From positions 12,840 to 76,839 of the forward strand of contig CANHIJ010000004.1 in the NCBI GenBank assembly GCA_947460575.1: a stretch of 64,000 nt of DNA, in the 5' to 3' direction. Both the position numbers and the translations under genes were made by a program. The DNA comes from Verrucomicrobiales bacterium. Lineage in GTDB: Bacteria > Verrucomicrobiota > Verrucomicrobiia > Verrucomicrobiales > V1-33. The notes beneath the pieces were generated by a model. That model did not search any database and was not told the origin of the DNA. It worked only from the letters and a program-made list of their open reading frames with translations. This document shows positions 30,349 to 41,285 of this stretch, piece after piece; position 1 is the stretch's first letter; each line of letters starts with the position of its first letter.

Positions 30349-31650
30349 ATGAAAAAAATCGTTGTCGCGTATTCCGGTGGCCTTGACACGTCCGTGCTGC
30401 TCTCCTGGCTGAAAGAAAAGTATCAGTGCGAAATTATCGCCTACTGTGCCGATGTCGGCCAAGAAGAAGAACTCGACGGCCTCGAAGCGAAGGCCACCTC
30501 CACGGGCGCCTCGAAATGCTACATCGGCGACCTCCGCGAGGAATTTGCCCGCGACTACATCTTCCCGATGTTCCAAGCCGCGGCTATCTACGAAGGCCAA
30601 TACTTCCTCGGCACGAGCATCGCCCGCCCCTGCATCGCCAAGGGCATGCTCGAAATCGTGGCCCGCGAACAGGCCGACGCCGTGGCCCACGGCGCCACCG
30701 GCAAGGGCAACGATCAGGTCCGCTTCGAACTCAGCGCTGCCATGTTAGCGCCGCAGGTTCAGGTTCTCGCTCCCTGGCGCATGGACGACTTCCGCGCCGA
30801 ATTCCCCGGCCGCGCCGAAATGATCGCCTACGCCGCCAAGCATGGCATCCCTGTCCAAGCTTCCGCCAAAAAGCCCTACAGCATGGACCGCAACCTCCTC
30901 CACATCTCCTTTGAAGCAGGCATGCTAGAGGACACCTGGTTCGACGGCACCACCCCCGAAGTCCGCGGCATGTACGTCCTCAGCGTGGCCCCCGAAGACG
31001 CGCCCGATCAAGCCGAGTACCTCCAGCTCCTCTTTGAACAGGGCAATTGTATCGGCCTCCAAGCCGACGGCCTCGACGCCCTCCTCGAAAAAATGTCCAT
31101 TGCCGCCCTCGGCACCCGCGACGGCTACACCCTCCTCAGCCCCTACGGCATCATGAAAGCCCTCAATGCCCTGGGCGGCCGCCACGGCTGCGGCCGCGTC
31201 GACATGGTGGAAAACCGCTTCGTCGGCATGAAGAGCCGCGGCATCTATGAAACCCCCGGCGGCGCTATCCTCTACGCCGCCCACCGCCAAGTGGAATCCA
31301 TCACCATGGACCGCGAAGTCATGCACCTGCGCGACAGCCTCATCCCCAAGTACGCCCAACTGGTCTACAACGGCTTCTGGTTCTCCCCCGAGCGCGAGGC
31401 CCTCCAAGCCCTCGTCACTGAATCCCAAAAACCCGTTAGCGGAGAGGTGCGCCTCAAGCTCTACAAGGGCAACATCATGGCCGCGGGCCGCCGCAGCCCC
31501 CTCAGCCTTTACGATGAGGCCATCGCCACCATGGAGGCCGATCCCACCCAGAGCTATAATCAAAACGACGCCACCGGCTTCATCGCCCTCAACGCCCTCC
31601 GCCTCAAAGCGACCGCCCGCCGCCAACTCGGCCGCCCCGGACAACTCTAG
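30349..31650 (+). CDS. argG: Argininosuccinate synthase
   Basis: [40 protein letters not shown]. Confidence 0.98.
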   Translation: MKKIVVAYSGGLDTSVLLSWLKEKYQCEIIAYCADVGQEEELDGLEAKATSTGASKCYIGDLREEFARDYIFPMFQAAAIYEGQYFLGTSIARPCIAKGMLEIVAREQADAVAHGATGKGNDQVRFELSAAMLAPQVQVLAPWRMDDFRAEFPGRAEMIAYAAKHGIPVQASAKKPYSMDRNLLHISFEAGMLEDTWFDGTTPEVRGMYVLSVAPEDAPDQAEYLQLLFEQGNCIGLQADGLDALLEKMSIAALGTRDGYTLLSPYGIMKALNALGGRHGCGRVDMVENRFVGMKSRGIYETPGGAILYAAHRQVESITMDREVMHLRDSLIPKYAQLVYNGFWFSPEREALQALVTESQKPVSGEVRLKLYKGNIMAAGRRSPLSLYDEAIATMEADPTQSYNQNDATGFIALNALRLKATARRQLGRPGQL

Positions 31651-31778
31651 CCGCTTATCTCTTGCCTGGGCGGAACGCTCCGCCCAGGCACCAGCCCTCC
31701 CTAAAAAAGTTAGTGGCGCGCCGCGAACGGAGCCGCCCCCCATTCTAACAATTGTAAGTGAGCCGCGGCGCGCCGCCC

Positions 31779-32669
31779 TTATTTCTCCAAAATCACCACC
31801 TGTTCCGCGGTCGGGAAGCTGGTCGGCACCGGCAAAGTCACCTGGCCAGTCGCCGCCCACTGGCAGGCGCGCAGCGTGATCAGGTTGGCCCCAGCGCACT
31901 GGATCGCATCCGCCTTGGGACCCACGTGGCCCAGCAAGGTGGTGACCACCTTGCCCTTGCCGAAGGGAACCCACCACACCATCGGCTCGTTAGCCCCCGT
32001 CCCGCCCTTGGCTTTATCCGAAAAAGCCGTGGCCAGGAGGTGGATATTTTCCGCCGGACCGCGCTGCCCGTGATACAACTCATCCTGCCCGTGCTTCCAC
32101 ACCGTGGGCAAGCCCTTCATGATCGGGTGCTCCGCATCGCGGCTGGTGACCTGAAATTCCCACTGCGCCCCGTGGCCCGCGCCCGGCCCGTCATTGGGTT
32201 CGTGAAACTCCAGCGCTCCCCCGTCGGAAACCGTAAGACGCCGACCGTATTCGGGACCGCGCCACCCCAGCCCGATCATTTGATCGTAGGCCTTCCAGCC
32301 CGCAAAAGCATTGTTAGCAGCGTGCACCACGACCACTCCGCCGCCTTGCTCCACAAACTCGAGAAACTTAAATTTCACCGCCTCGGGCCAGGGCCGCCCA
32401 TTGTAGTTGCTCAACACTACCTGGTATTTACTAAAGTCAGGGCGCCACCCTTCCCAGCCCGTATCCCCCGCCGGAGTGGTGCTCACATCGACCGTAAACA
32501 AGCCCGTGGCCTCCAATTGCGCCCGATGCCAAGGCGTCATCCGCTTCCAGTCGTGGTTGTTTTGCCCATCGATGATGAGCGCCCGAATCTTCGGCTCCGC
32601 GGCGCCACCCCAGCAGGGCAGCGCCAACAAAAACGACAAACTCAACAGGTGGCGACGGCGCATTTTCAT
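31779..32669 (-). CDS. Secreted ThuA-like domain protein
   Basis: Signal peptide, DGQNNHDW, GGGVVVVHAA, DELY, LGH. Confidence 0.85.
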   Translation of the reverse strand: MKMRRRHLLSLSFLLALPCWGGAAEPKIRALIIDGQNNHDWKRMTPWHRAQLEATGLFTVDVSTTPAGDTGWEGWRPDFSKYQVVLSNYNGRPWPEAVKFKFLEFVEQGGGVVVVHAANNAFAGWKAYDQMIGLGWRGPEYGRRLTVSDGGALEFHEPNDGPGAGHGAQWEFQVTSRDAEHPIMKGLPTVWKHGQDELYHGQRGPAENIHLLATAFSDKAKGGTGANEPMVWWVPFGKGKVVTTLLGHVGPKADAIQCAGANLITLRACQWAATGQVTLPVPTSFPTAEQVVILEK

Positions 32670-32758
32670 AGTTTTAATTATTTAGTATAGAGTTAGCCTC
32701 CCGAGGATCCCGGGCCGCATAGTGCACGGACCTCCCCAGGTTAGAGTAACCAGTCGGT

Positions 32759-34249
32759 TTACTGAGGAATCTCGTTGAGCGTATAATAGCCCGTGGCGTG
32801 GAGTAAGCCTTGCCCCGCCGCATTGCGCAGGCCCGGCGCGCTGATGGCGTGCACGTGACCCTTGGTCAGCTTGTCGAGCTTGAGGCGCACGCTGCGCCCG
32901 TCCCCAGCCACCTCCGCGGAGAGAATCGTCGGCGTCAGCTTGTCTACTTCCGGGCTCCCATAGGCACCCTGGTAGATATAAGTCCAAGCCGAGGCCGCGT
33001 AGCTCGCCGGGTCCGCCGCAGTCTTGCGGTCGACTTCTTGCGTAAAGGTCAACTCAAAGCCATCCGGCTTGGCGCGCATCTCGTGGATCTCATACGGCAC
33101 TTTGCCGTTCCAGTTGACCCGCTCCAAGGCAAAGGGCTTCCCGCCCTTGGCCCCCCAGCCGCGGTCGCTTCCGCCCGTATAGAGCACTCCCTCGGGCGTC
33201 ATCAGGGTGGCGATGTTGCCGCTGCCGAAGCCGCTCAAAAACTGAAAGGCCGCCCCCTGCCAAACCCCATTCACCTTTTCCAAAAACACCCGCTGCAGCA
33301 CCGAAAAGGTCTGCTCGCCAATGAACATTTGGCCGCGGAAGGGACCGAATTTCCCGCTTAAATCATAGCACATCCCCGTCGGCGAATGCCCCAGGATCCC
33401 GTGCGGCAAGACCACCGCCGGGGGCACGAACTCCGCCACCTTGCCCCGCTCGACGTCGATGCGGCTGCCGCTCAGCGGGGTCTCGGGGCGGTGTTTTAAA
33501 ACCCCCGTGGAGATGCCCTTGGCGGCCGCGATCTCAAAGCTGTTATTGCCGGTAGGATTCCCCTGAAACGAACCCACTTTGAGATGCTTCAGCGAGGAAC
33601 TCCCATTCCACGGCCCCTGGTTGTCGGTGTAAAAACATTCCCCATCCGGCGCAAACCCAATTCCCCCTGGAGAACGAATCCCGCTCGCCACCGCCTCCGA
33701 ACGGCCGTCGGGAAAAACCCGCACCGCCCAGCCCCGAAACAAACTCCGCGAATCGCCAGAACCTGTTAGGCAGAGAACATTCCAAATCGCCCCGTCTTTG
33801 TCCGGGCGGGTGCCAAAGGCGTATTCGTGGTAGTCGCCGTTGATGCCCCAGCGGCCGCCTACGGTTTCAAATAAATCCGCCCGCCCGTCGCCGTCGCGGT
33901 CCTTCATGCGCGTCACTTCGGGACGCTGCGTGGCCCACATCCAGCCGTCACTGAAGGAAATCCCCAGCGGCTCGTGCAGCCCCTGGGCCCAGCGGTTCCA
34001 GCTCGGCGCGTCGCTCCCGGGCTGGGCCGCCATCCAAATCTCGCCGCGGCGCGTCGCCACCGCCAACTTGCCGTCGGGCATCATTTCGAGACCGGAAACT
34101 TCTAGTACCTCACCCGCGGGAACGGGCACGCTAGTCACTGGATAATAGTCGCGCTCAGCTTTGGCTAAGTCAGCAACAGGGGGAACGTCTTGGCCGCAAG
34201 CCAGGGAGCTCAGGGCCGCGAGAACGAGTGAAATGGCAGGTTTTGGCAT
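32759..34249 (-). CDS. Secreted beta-propeller dehydrogenase-like protein (sorbosone-dehydrogenase-like)
   Basis: Signal peptide, GLHEPLG, DRDGDGRAD, YHEYAFG, SGIRSPGG, TDNQG. Confidence 0.75.
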   Translation of the reverse strand: MPKPAISLVLAALSSLACGQDVPPVADLAKAERDYYPVTSVPVPAGEVLEVSGLEMMPDGKLAVATRRGEIWMAAQPGSDAPSWNRWAQGLHEPLGISFSDGWMWATQRPEVTRMKDRDGDGRADLFETVGGRWGINGDYHEYAFGTRPDKDGAIWNVLCLTGSGDSRSLFRGWAVRVFPDGRSEAVASGIRSPGGIGFAPDGECFYTDNQGPWNGSSSLKHLKVGSFQGNPTGNNSFEIAAAKGISTGVLKHRPETPLSGSRIDVERGKVAEFVPPAVVLPHGILGHSPTGMCYDLSGKFGPFRGQMFIGEQTFSVLQRVFLEKVNGVWQGAAFQFLSGFGSGNIATLMTPEGVLYTGGSDRGWGAKGGKPFALERVNWNGKVPYEIHEMRAKPDGFELTFTQEVDRKTAADPASYAASAWTYIYQGAYGSPEVDKLTPTILSAEVAGDGRSVRLKLDKLTKGHVHAISAPGLRNAAGQGLLHATGYYTLNEIPQ

Positions 34250-34264
34250 GAGATCAAAAAGGGG

Positions 34265-35863
34265 CTAGTGGTTCCAATGGTAGCTGACTGCTATGCGGGC
34301 CGCCCCGTCCTGGAAGACGATCGGCACCAGCAGTTCGACTTGGTCGGCTGACTGGCGCAGAGTCGCGGTGGCCGCGTGCAGCGCAATGCCCTCCTCCAGC
34401 GGATAGACTCCCTCGCGCCCTGCCGCCAGCCCGGCACCGGCCGCAAGCCGCAGAAACAAGCCCTCCACCGGATGGGCGCACTTCAGCGAAATCACCCGCT
34501 GCAGGGCCGCGCTGCCCGGCGCCGTCGGCGCCGCCGCTTCCAGGCGCTCTTCAACCGCCACGTCGCGGAAACTATAGCGGAACGTTGGAATGCCCTGCTT
34601 ATCGAGCGCATAGCCCCCGAAGCGATAGCCCTCCGGCCAGTCTCCGTTAGGCAAATCCTTGGGCATGGCTGGCCAGGCGGCTTGGGCGTTGGCCAGCACC
34701 GCCAGGGGCACGTTGCGCGGCAGGGCGATCACCCCGTAGCCGAGCGGCGGTTGGTACCCTGATCCCCGGTCCGTCCAGTGGCGCTGGGCATCCATAAAGG
34801 CGCCCCGCCACACCAGCGAGAGACTGCAAAGGTCGGCGTCAAAGCCCGCATTGACCCCGCCGGGATACCCCACCGCAATGCCGCGAGCGCCCATGCCCTC
34901 AATGAAATTGCGATAGATGACGGCCTCGTCCTTGACCACCAGCGGCAGCCCTTTGGCCTTCTCCTGGCGCGCTACCTCGCCGATTTTGCGCTCGGTCCGC
35001 GTCAGCCACGTCTTCGAAAAATTCGGCCCTTCCCAGGCCAGGAAAAGCTCCGCGCCGCCGGTTCCCTGAAAATAGTCGAGCTGGAAATCATGCCACCCCG
35101 GCTTGAGCCCGACCTTGCCCACTTTGTATTCCCCAGGGGGATGCACCCCATCGTTTTGCACGAGGACTTTACCGTCGATGCTCAGGCGGGTGCCGTCATC
35201 CGAAGCCAAGAAAAATTGGTGCACCCCCTCCTTTTTCACCTCCAACTTGCCTGTAAAGCGAATTCCAAAATCGTTGCGGTAGTCGTCAAACTTCCAGCCG
35301 ATCAAGCCGTCCTCCAAGGCCCCTTGGCGCAGTGGGGTCAGTTGCGCAAAGTCAGGCAGTTGCCCCCATTTCCCCAAATAGAGCGCAAACTTGCCCTCGC
35401 TCAATTTCGGCCCCTCGGTCATCACCCGCATCACCCCGTTCATCACCATGGCGTGCCCCGGAAAGGTGCACACGAAAGGGTAATCTCCCACCTCGCGGGG
35501 AACCTCAAACGCCAACACCTCCTCGGCGTGCGGCGCCACCATTCCCGTCGCCGCGACCACCCGAGGATCCTCCGGAATCCACTGCTTGGCCATGCCCTGC
35601 TCGCCCAGCGCCCACGCCTTTTGCGCCAGCGCCAGTCCCTTGTCCCCGCTTGGCCGTGCCACCACCAAGTTGTGCGGCATGTCGTCGTCGTTGACCAACT
35701 TTAAACGCAGTTGCGTCCCCGGCTGTACCCGGAATTCCACCCGGTCGTATTTCATCTGGGCCGCCAAGGTCCGGATCGTCACTTCGCGCACCGCCAGTGG
35801 CGCCTCCGCCGCCCCCAAAGGCAACGCCAGAGCGACCAAAAATAGAAAAATGTTACGCTGCAT
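34265..35863 (-). CDS. Secreted azurin/plastocyanin-like type-1 copper domain + PA14 domain protein
   Basis: PHNLV and CTFPGHAMVM Cu ligands; PA14 motif SDDGTRL...NDGVH...YFQGTG. Confidence 0.82.
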   Translation of the reverse strand: MQRNIFLFLVALALPLGAAEAPLAVREVTIRTLAAQMKYDRVEFRVQPGTQLRLKLVNDDDMPHNLVVARPSGDKGLALAQKAWALGEQGMAKQWIPEDPRVVAATGMVAPHAEEVLAFEVPREVGDYPFVCTFPGHAMVMNGVMRVMTEGPKLSEGKFALYLGKWGQLPDFAQLTPLRQGALEDGLIGWKFDDYRNDFGIRFTGKLEVKKEGVHQFFLASDDGTRLSIDGKVLVQNDGVHPPGEYKVGKVGLKPGWHDFQLDYFQGTGGAELFLAWEGPNFSKTWLTRTERKIGEVARQEKAKGLPLVVKDEAVIYRNFIEGMGARGIAVGYPGGVNAGFDADLCSLSLVWRGAFMDAQRHWTDRGSGYQPPLGYGVIALPRNVPLAVLANAQAAWPAMPKDLPNGDWPEGYRFGGYALDKQGIPTFRYSFRDVAVEERLEAAAPTAPGSAALQRVISLKCAHPVEGLFLRLAAGAGLAAGREGVYPLEEGIALHAATATLRQSADQVELLVPIVFQDGAARIAVSYHWNH

Positions 35864-35992
35864 CCGCGGAATAGAATAAATAATTGTTATGATTTGAACC
35901 GGCCGAAAGCCTCCTCTTATACGCCGCCCCGGCCGCTCTTATCAGCGCCCATTTGGTGTATGCAAAAAGGGCAGCCGCCCCGACCTCCAGGC

Positions 35993-38900
35993 CTACAGCC
36001 CGTGGTACTCCTGCAAGGTCTTGACCTGCAAATGGTTCTTCTGCAGCGACCCAATCGCGTGCGCCGCCGCCCGCGCCCCCCGCAAGGTGGTCTGAATCGG
36101 AGTGCGCGTACTCACGCTCGTGCTGCGAATCAGGACCTCGTCTTTGCGCGTCTCCTTCTCGCTGGGGGTATTGATGATCATGGCGATCTCCCCATTTTTC
36201 ATCATGTCAAGGATATTAGGGCGGCGACCTTCGGCGATTTTGTGCACCAGCTCGCAGGGCACCCCGCCCTCTTTGATCGCTTTGCGGGTACCCTCGGTGG
36301 CGACGATTACAAAACCCAAATCATGGTACTCGCGGGCGATCGCACTGATGCGCGGCTTGAGGCGATCGGAGACACTGATGAAGAGTTTGCCCTTCAAAGG
36401 CAGGCTGTTGCCCGCGGCCATCTGGCTCTTGGCGAACGCCATGGCGTGGTCCGCATCAATGCCCATGACTTCTCCAGTGCTCTTCATTTCGGGACCCAGG
36501 GCGATGTCAGTGCCGGGGAACTTAGAGAAGGGAAAAACCGCTTCCTTGACGTTGTAATAGCGGGGAATCACCTCCTCGGTGAAGTTCAGAGTTTTGAGGG
36601 AAACCAGCGCCATGTCCGCGATCCCCTGGCGCTGCAAGCCATGGCTGGCCATGATCTGCGCCGCATATTTGGCGAGGGGGCGCCCAATCGCCTTGGACAC
36701 AAAAGGCACCGTCCGGCTCGCCCGCGGATTGACCTCAATGACATACAAAATCTCGTCCTTGACCGCGAATTGGATATTCATCAAGCCGATCACGCTGAGA
36801 GCTCCGGCCAGTTCCTTGGCCGCCCGCATGATCTCCTTTTTGATCGGTTCGCTCAGGCCAAAAGCGGGAATCACGCAGGCGCTGTCGCCGCTGTGCACCC
36901 CGGCTTGCTCGATGTGCTCCATGATGGCACCCACCACAGTGGTCGCGCCGTCGGAAATCACGTCCACATCCACCTCCGCAGCGTCTTCCAAAAAGCGATC
37001 CACTAACACGGGACGCTCCGGCGAGGCCTGCACCGCGTTGCGCATGTAGTGGCGCAACTCGTCGTCCCCGTAGACGATCTGCATGGCCCGGCCTCCCAGG
37101 ACAAAGCTGGGCCGCACCAGCACCGGGTACCCAATCCGCTGGGCGATCGCCACGGCCTCGTCCTCGTTGACCGCGGTGCCGCTCGGCGCCTGGTTCAAGG
37201 CGAGATCGTCGAGCAACTTGGCAAAAAATTTGCGATCCTCGGCTAGCTCAATGTTCTTCGGCGAGGTGCCGATGATGTGGCAGCCCGACTCCTCCAGCTT
37301 GGCCGCGAGGTTGAGTGGGGTCTGCCCGCCTAACTGAACAATGACGCCCCAGCACTGCTCGTTTTCGTAGATGTTCATGACGTCCTCAAACGTCAGCGGC
37401 TCAAAATAGAGGCGGTCGCTCGTGTCGTAGTCGGTGGAGACCGTCTCCGGATTGGAGTTCACCATGATGGTCTCAAAACCCATCTCCTTGAGCGCAAAGG
37501 CCGCGTGCACGCAGCAGTAGTCAAACTCAATCCCCTGACCAATCCGGTTCGGCCCGCCGCCCAAAATCATGACTTTGCGCCGCGCCGATGGCCGGGTCTC
37601 GTTTTCTTCCCCATAACTGGAGTAATAATAGGGCGTATAGGCCTCAAACTCCGCCGCGCAGGTGTCCACCAAGCGGAAGCTCGGGATGATCCCCAAGACC
37701 TGGCGCGCCGCCCGAATCTGGGCCTCCGGAAGCCCCCCCAAATAAGCCAACTGGCGGTCGCTAAAGCCCATCCGCTTGGCCCGGCGCAACTCCGCCCGCA
37801 GCCGCTCCACCTCCGGCGCCGCCGCTTCGCCCAAGCCCGCCACGTCTCGCGCCGCGGCCCCAAAAACCCCCTCCGCCAACACAATCTCCTCAATCTGCCG
37901 CAGAAACCAGCGGTCGATCTTGGTCAATTCAAAAACCTCTTCCACCCCGTAGCCCTCCCGAAAGGCCACCGCCACCCAAAAAATCCGCTCCGCATTGGGC
38001 ACGCTCAATTTGCGTACCATTTCCTCCCGCGGCGGATTCACCGGGTCCTTCCCGTCCGCCCCCAAGCCCGCGCGCCCCGTCTCCAAGGACCGCAACGCCT
38101 TCTGCAAACTCTCCTTAAAAGTCCGCCCAATCGCCATGGCCTCCCCCACCGACTTCATCTGAGTCGTCAGGGTGGCATCTGCAGTGGGAAATTTTTCAAA
38201 GGTAAACCGCGGCACTTTAGTCACCACGTAGTCGATCGTGGGCTCAAAACTAGCCGGCGTCTCCCGCGTGATATCGTTGCGTATCTCATCCAAGGTATAG
38301 CCCACCGCTAACTTGGCCGCAATCTTCGCGATCGGAAAGCCGGTCGCCTTGGAGGCCAGCGCCGAGGACCGACTGACCCGGGGATTCATCTCGATGACGA
38401 TCATCCGCCCCGTGTCAGGATGCGTCGCAAATTGAATGTTAGAACCGCCCGTCTCCACCCCGATTTCCCGAATCACGGCAAAGGAGGCGTCGCGCATGAT
38501 CTGGTATTCCCGATCCGTCAGGGTCTGAATCGGCGCCACCGTAATGGAGTCGCCCGTGTGCACCCCCATGGGGTCCAGGTTCTCAATCGAACAAATCACC
38601 ACGCAATTGTCCGCGTGGTCGCGCATGACCTCCATCTCGTACTCCTTCCATCCCAACAGGCTCTCGTCGATCAGGACCTCGCTCACCGGAGACAAATCGA
38701 TTCCCCGCGCGCAAATGACCTCAAATTCTTCGCGGTTGTAGGCGATGCCGCCTCCCGTCCCGCCAAGGGTGAAGCCCGGCCGAATGATCAGCGGAAAACT
38801 CCCGATGTCATCGGCCACGCGGCGCGCCTCTTCCATGGTGTGGGCGATCCCGCTCTTCGGCATGTCCAAGCCGATCCGGATCATGGCCTCCTTGAACTTC

Positions 38901-39289
38901 ATGCGGTTTTCCCCCATCTCGATGGCCTCCGGCTTGGCGCCGATCATGCGCACCCCGTGCTTCGCCAGCACCCCAGTGTGGTGCAGCGTCATCGAAAGAT
39001 TCAGCGCCGTCTGCCCCCCCAGCGTCGGCAGCAGGGCGTCCGGGCGCTCCTTCTCAATGATTTTCTCCACCACCTCGGGCGTGAGCGGCTCGATGTAGGT
39101 GCGGGCGGCAAACTCCGGATCGGTCATAATGGTGGCCGGATTGGAGTTGATCAGCACCACCGTGTAGCCTTCTTCCTTGAGCGCCTTGCACGCCTGCACC
39201 CCGGAGTAGTCGAATTCGCAGCCCTGCCCGATGACGATGGGGCCGGAGCCGATGACGAGGATCTTGTGAATGGTGGTGTCCTTGGGCAT
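35993..39289 (-). CDS. carB: Carbamoyl-phosphate synthase large subunit
   Basis: [18 protein letters not shown], two ATP-grasp halves ([19 protein letters not shown]), C-terminal MGS domain. Confidence 0.99.
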   Translation of the reverse strand: MPKDTTIHKILVIGSGPIVIGQGCEFDYSGVQACKALKEEGYTVVLINSNPATIMTDPEFAARTYIEPLTPEVVEKIIEKERPDALLPTLGGQTALNLSMTLHHTGVLAKHGVRMIGAKPEAIEMGENRMKFKEAMIRIGLDMPKSGIAHTMEEARRVADDIGSFPLIIRPGFTLGGTGGGIAYNREEFEVICARGIDLSPVSEVLIDESLLGWKEYEMEVMRDHADNCVVICSIENLDPMGVHTGDSITVAPIQTLTDREYQIMRDASFAVIREIGVETGGSNIQFATHPDTGRMIVIEMNPRVSRSSALASKATGFPIAKIAAKLAVGYTLDEIRNDITRETPASFEPTIDYVVTKVPRFTFEKFPTADATLTTQMKSVGEAMAIGRTFKESLQKALRSLETGRAGLGADGKDPVNPPREEMVRKLSVPNAERIFWVAVAFREGYGVEEVFELTKIDRWFLRQIEEIVLAEGVFGAAARDVAGLGEAAAPEVERLRAELRRAKRMGFSDRQLAYLGGLPEAQIRAARQVLGIIPSFRLVDTCAAEFEAYTPYYYSSYGEENETRPSARRKVMILGGGPNRIGQGIEFDYCCVHAAFALKEMGFETIMVNSNPETVSTDYDTSDRLYFEPLTFEDVMNIYENEQCWGVIVQLGGQTPLNLAAKLEESGCHIIGTSPKNIELAEDRKFFAKLLDDLALNQAPSGTAVNEDEAVAIAQRIGYPVLVRPSFVLGGRAMQIVYGDDELRHYMRNAVQASPERPVLVDRFLEDAAEVDVDVISDGATTVVGAIMEHIEQAGVHSGDSACVIPAFGLSEPIKKEIMRAAKELAGALSVIGLMNIQFAVKDEILYVIEVNPRASRTVPFVSKAIGRPLAKYAAQIMASHGLQRQGIADMALVSLKTLNFTEEVIPRYYNVKEAVFPFSKFPGTDIALGPEMKSTGEVMGIDADHAMAFAKSQMAAGNSLPLKGKLFISVSDRLKPRISAIAREYHDLGFVIVATEGTRKAIKEGGVPCELVHKIAEGRRPNILDMMKNGEIAMIINTPSEKETRKDEVLIRSTSVSTRTPIQTTLRGARAAAHAIGSLQKNHLQVKTLQEYHGL

Positions 39290-39520
39290 GGGAGATGAAA
39301 TGGAGGAAATCGACTCGTTACTGGCACGCCGGGTGGGGGGTAGCAAGAGTGTTTAAGGCCGCGCCGCCGCTTCCCGACCCCCAAAACGCCCGCCCGCAAC
39401 CCTGCGAGCGCTCCCAAGACCCGCCTGCCTCGCCCTCGCATTGGGCTTGCGGCCGACCAGGCCGATGGCTATGGCAGGAGCTTCCACTCCCTTCACACCA
39501 ACCAACAAACTATTTCTTCA

Positions 39521-40744
39521 ATGAACCGGAAAATTCGCATGGGCATGGTCGGCGGCGGACGCGGCGCTTTCATCGGAGCAGTCCACCGCATGGCCGCCGC
39601 TCTTGACGGTCAGATCGAACTCGTCTGCGGCGCCTTCTCCTCCGACCCCGAGCGCTCCAAAGCCTCCGGCGCGGACCTCTTCCTCCCCGCAGAGCGCTGC
39701 TACGGCACCTACACCGAAATGATCGAAGCCGAAAAAGCCCTCCCCCTCGGCGAGCGCATGGATTTCATGGTCATCGTGACCCCCAATCACATGCACTTTC
39801 CGCCCGCCAAATTGGCGCTCGAAAGCGGCTTCCACGTCCTCTCCGACAAGCCCGCCACCTTTAACCTCGCCCAAGCCAAAGAATTGGCCGCCATCGTCCA
39901 GCGCAGCGGCCTCCTCTACGGCATCACCTACAACTACACCGGCTACCCCCTCATGCGCGAGGCCCGCCAGATGATCGAGCAAGGCCGCCTCGGCGCCATC
40001 CGCAAGGTCGTCGTCGAATACCCCCAAGGCTGGCTCGCCACCCTCCTCGAAAGCACCGGCCAAAAACAGGCCGCCTGGCGCACCGACCCTAAAATCTGCG
40101 GCGCGGCCGGCTGCATGGGCGACATCGGCACCCACGCCATCAACCTAGCCGAATACGTCACCGGCCTCCATCTCAAAGAAATCGCCGCCGACCTCACCAC
40201 TTTCGTCCCCGGCCGCCAACTCGAGGACGACGGCAACGTCCTCCTCCGCTTCGACAACGGCGCCAAAGGCGTCCTCCACTCCAGCCAAATCTCAGTCGGC
40301 TGCGAAAATAACCTCAGCCTCCGCGTCTACGGCGAAACCGGCGGCATCGAGTGGCACCAGCGCGACCCCAACACCATGCTCGTCACCTCCCTCGACCAAC
40401 CCATGCAGGTCTACCGCACCGCCCAAGGCTACCTCGGCAGCGCCGCCACCGCCGCTTCCCGCATCCCCGCAGGCCACCCCGAAGCCTACCTCGAAGCCTT
40501 CGCCAATATCTACAAAAACTTCGCCGGCCACCTCCGCGCCCTCGCCACCGGCACCACCCCAGACCCGCTCCTCACCGACTACCCGTCCATCCAGGACGGC
40601 CTCGCCGGCATGGCCTTCATCGAAGCCGTGGTCCAATCCTCCGCCAACAACGCCGCCTGGACCCCCCTCGACTACACCCCCGCCCCCCGCCCCACCTACG
40701 GCTCCGCCGCCGCCAAGTCCGACCGCGGCGGCCTCAGCGCCTAA
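39521..40744 (+). CDS. Gfo/Idh/MocA oxidoreductase
   Basis: GMVGGGRGAFIGAVH, VTPNHMH, DKP, GDIGTH. Confidence 0.93.
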   Translation: MNRKIRMGMVGGGRGAFIGAVHRMAAALDGQIELVCGAFSSDPERSKASGADLFLPAERCYGTYTEMIEAEKALPLGERMDFMVIVTPNHMHFPPAKLALESGFHVLSDKPATFNLAQAKELAAIVQRSGLLYGITYNYTGYPLMREARQMIEQGRLGAIRKVVVEYPQGWLATLLESTGQKQAAWRTDPKICGAAGCMGDIGTHAINLAEYVTGLHLKEIAADLTTFVPGRQLEDDGNVLLRFDNGAKGVLHSSQISVGCENNLSLRVYGETGGIEWHQRDPNTMLVTSLDQPMQVYRTAQGYLGSAATAASRIPAGHPEAYLEAFANIYKNFAGHLRALATGTTPDPLLTDYPSIQDGLAGMAFIEAVVQSSANNAAWTPLDYTPAPRPTYGSAAAKSDRGGLSA

Positions 40745-40758
40745 CCCCCTAACCCCGA

Positions 40759-40785
40759 GAGCCCCGCGCCTCCCCGCGCGGGGCT
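40759..40785 (+). terminator. GC-rich hairpin after the oxidoreductase stop
   Basis: GAGCCC(C)GCGC / GCGCGGGCTC stem; weak U-tract. Confidence 0.4.
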
Positions 40786-40822
40786 CCCTTCCGCCCTGCC
40801 CTTGGCAGGAGGACCCCGCGCT

Positions 40823-40860
40823 TCCCGCTAAAGTTCGGACCTCCCGCTAAAGTTCGGACC
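40823..40860. repeat. Perfect 19-bp tandem duplication
   Basis: TCCCGCTAAAGTTCGGACC twice. Confidence 0.95.
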
Positions 40861-40979
40861 TCCGCAAAATCGGCGGCACCGCCCGCTGGCGCAGGTCTTC
40901 TGACATTTCCACCCGCGGCCCCCAAATCCCGCAGACCGCATTACAACTTCGCCCAAGTGTTCCGCTTCACGTAGCGGCC

Positions 40980-41270
40980 TTTGCCAGCGCGGGCTGTCTA
41001 CACACCTTGGTCGGGCGCCTGCAGGGGGGGGCAAGTGCCCCGCGAACTTCCATTTCCCCAGCCCGACCCCTTTGATGGTCAAAAAGCAGCGCCGCTCATG
41101 ATGCTAAGGTTGGAAGGCCAGTCGGAACGCTGCCCCCACCGCGTGCGGCACCGCTTGTCGATTCCTCCAGGGTCCCATCCGGACCTCCCGAGTGACACCG
41201 CACCCAGCGGAAATCGCATCAAGGGCCTGGCCTCGCGGTCCAGTGAACCCACAGATTCACCCGGATCCAC
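40980..41270 (+). mobile_element. Possible internally deleted ISL3 derivative
   Basis: Weak ISL3 N-terminus-like peptide (PW...FDGQK...LRLEG..RCP) and ACCCACAGATTCACC (THRF), resembling an ISL3 3' end. Confidence 0.35.
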
Positions 41271-41285
41271 CCTCCTGAAAAACTC

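Noticed and set aside
35993-39289. carB without adjacent carA
   Set aside because: Split carA/carB is common in bacteria; not unusual
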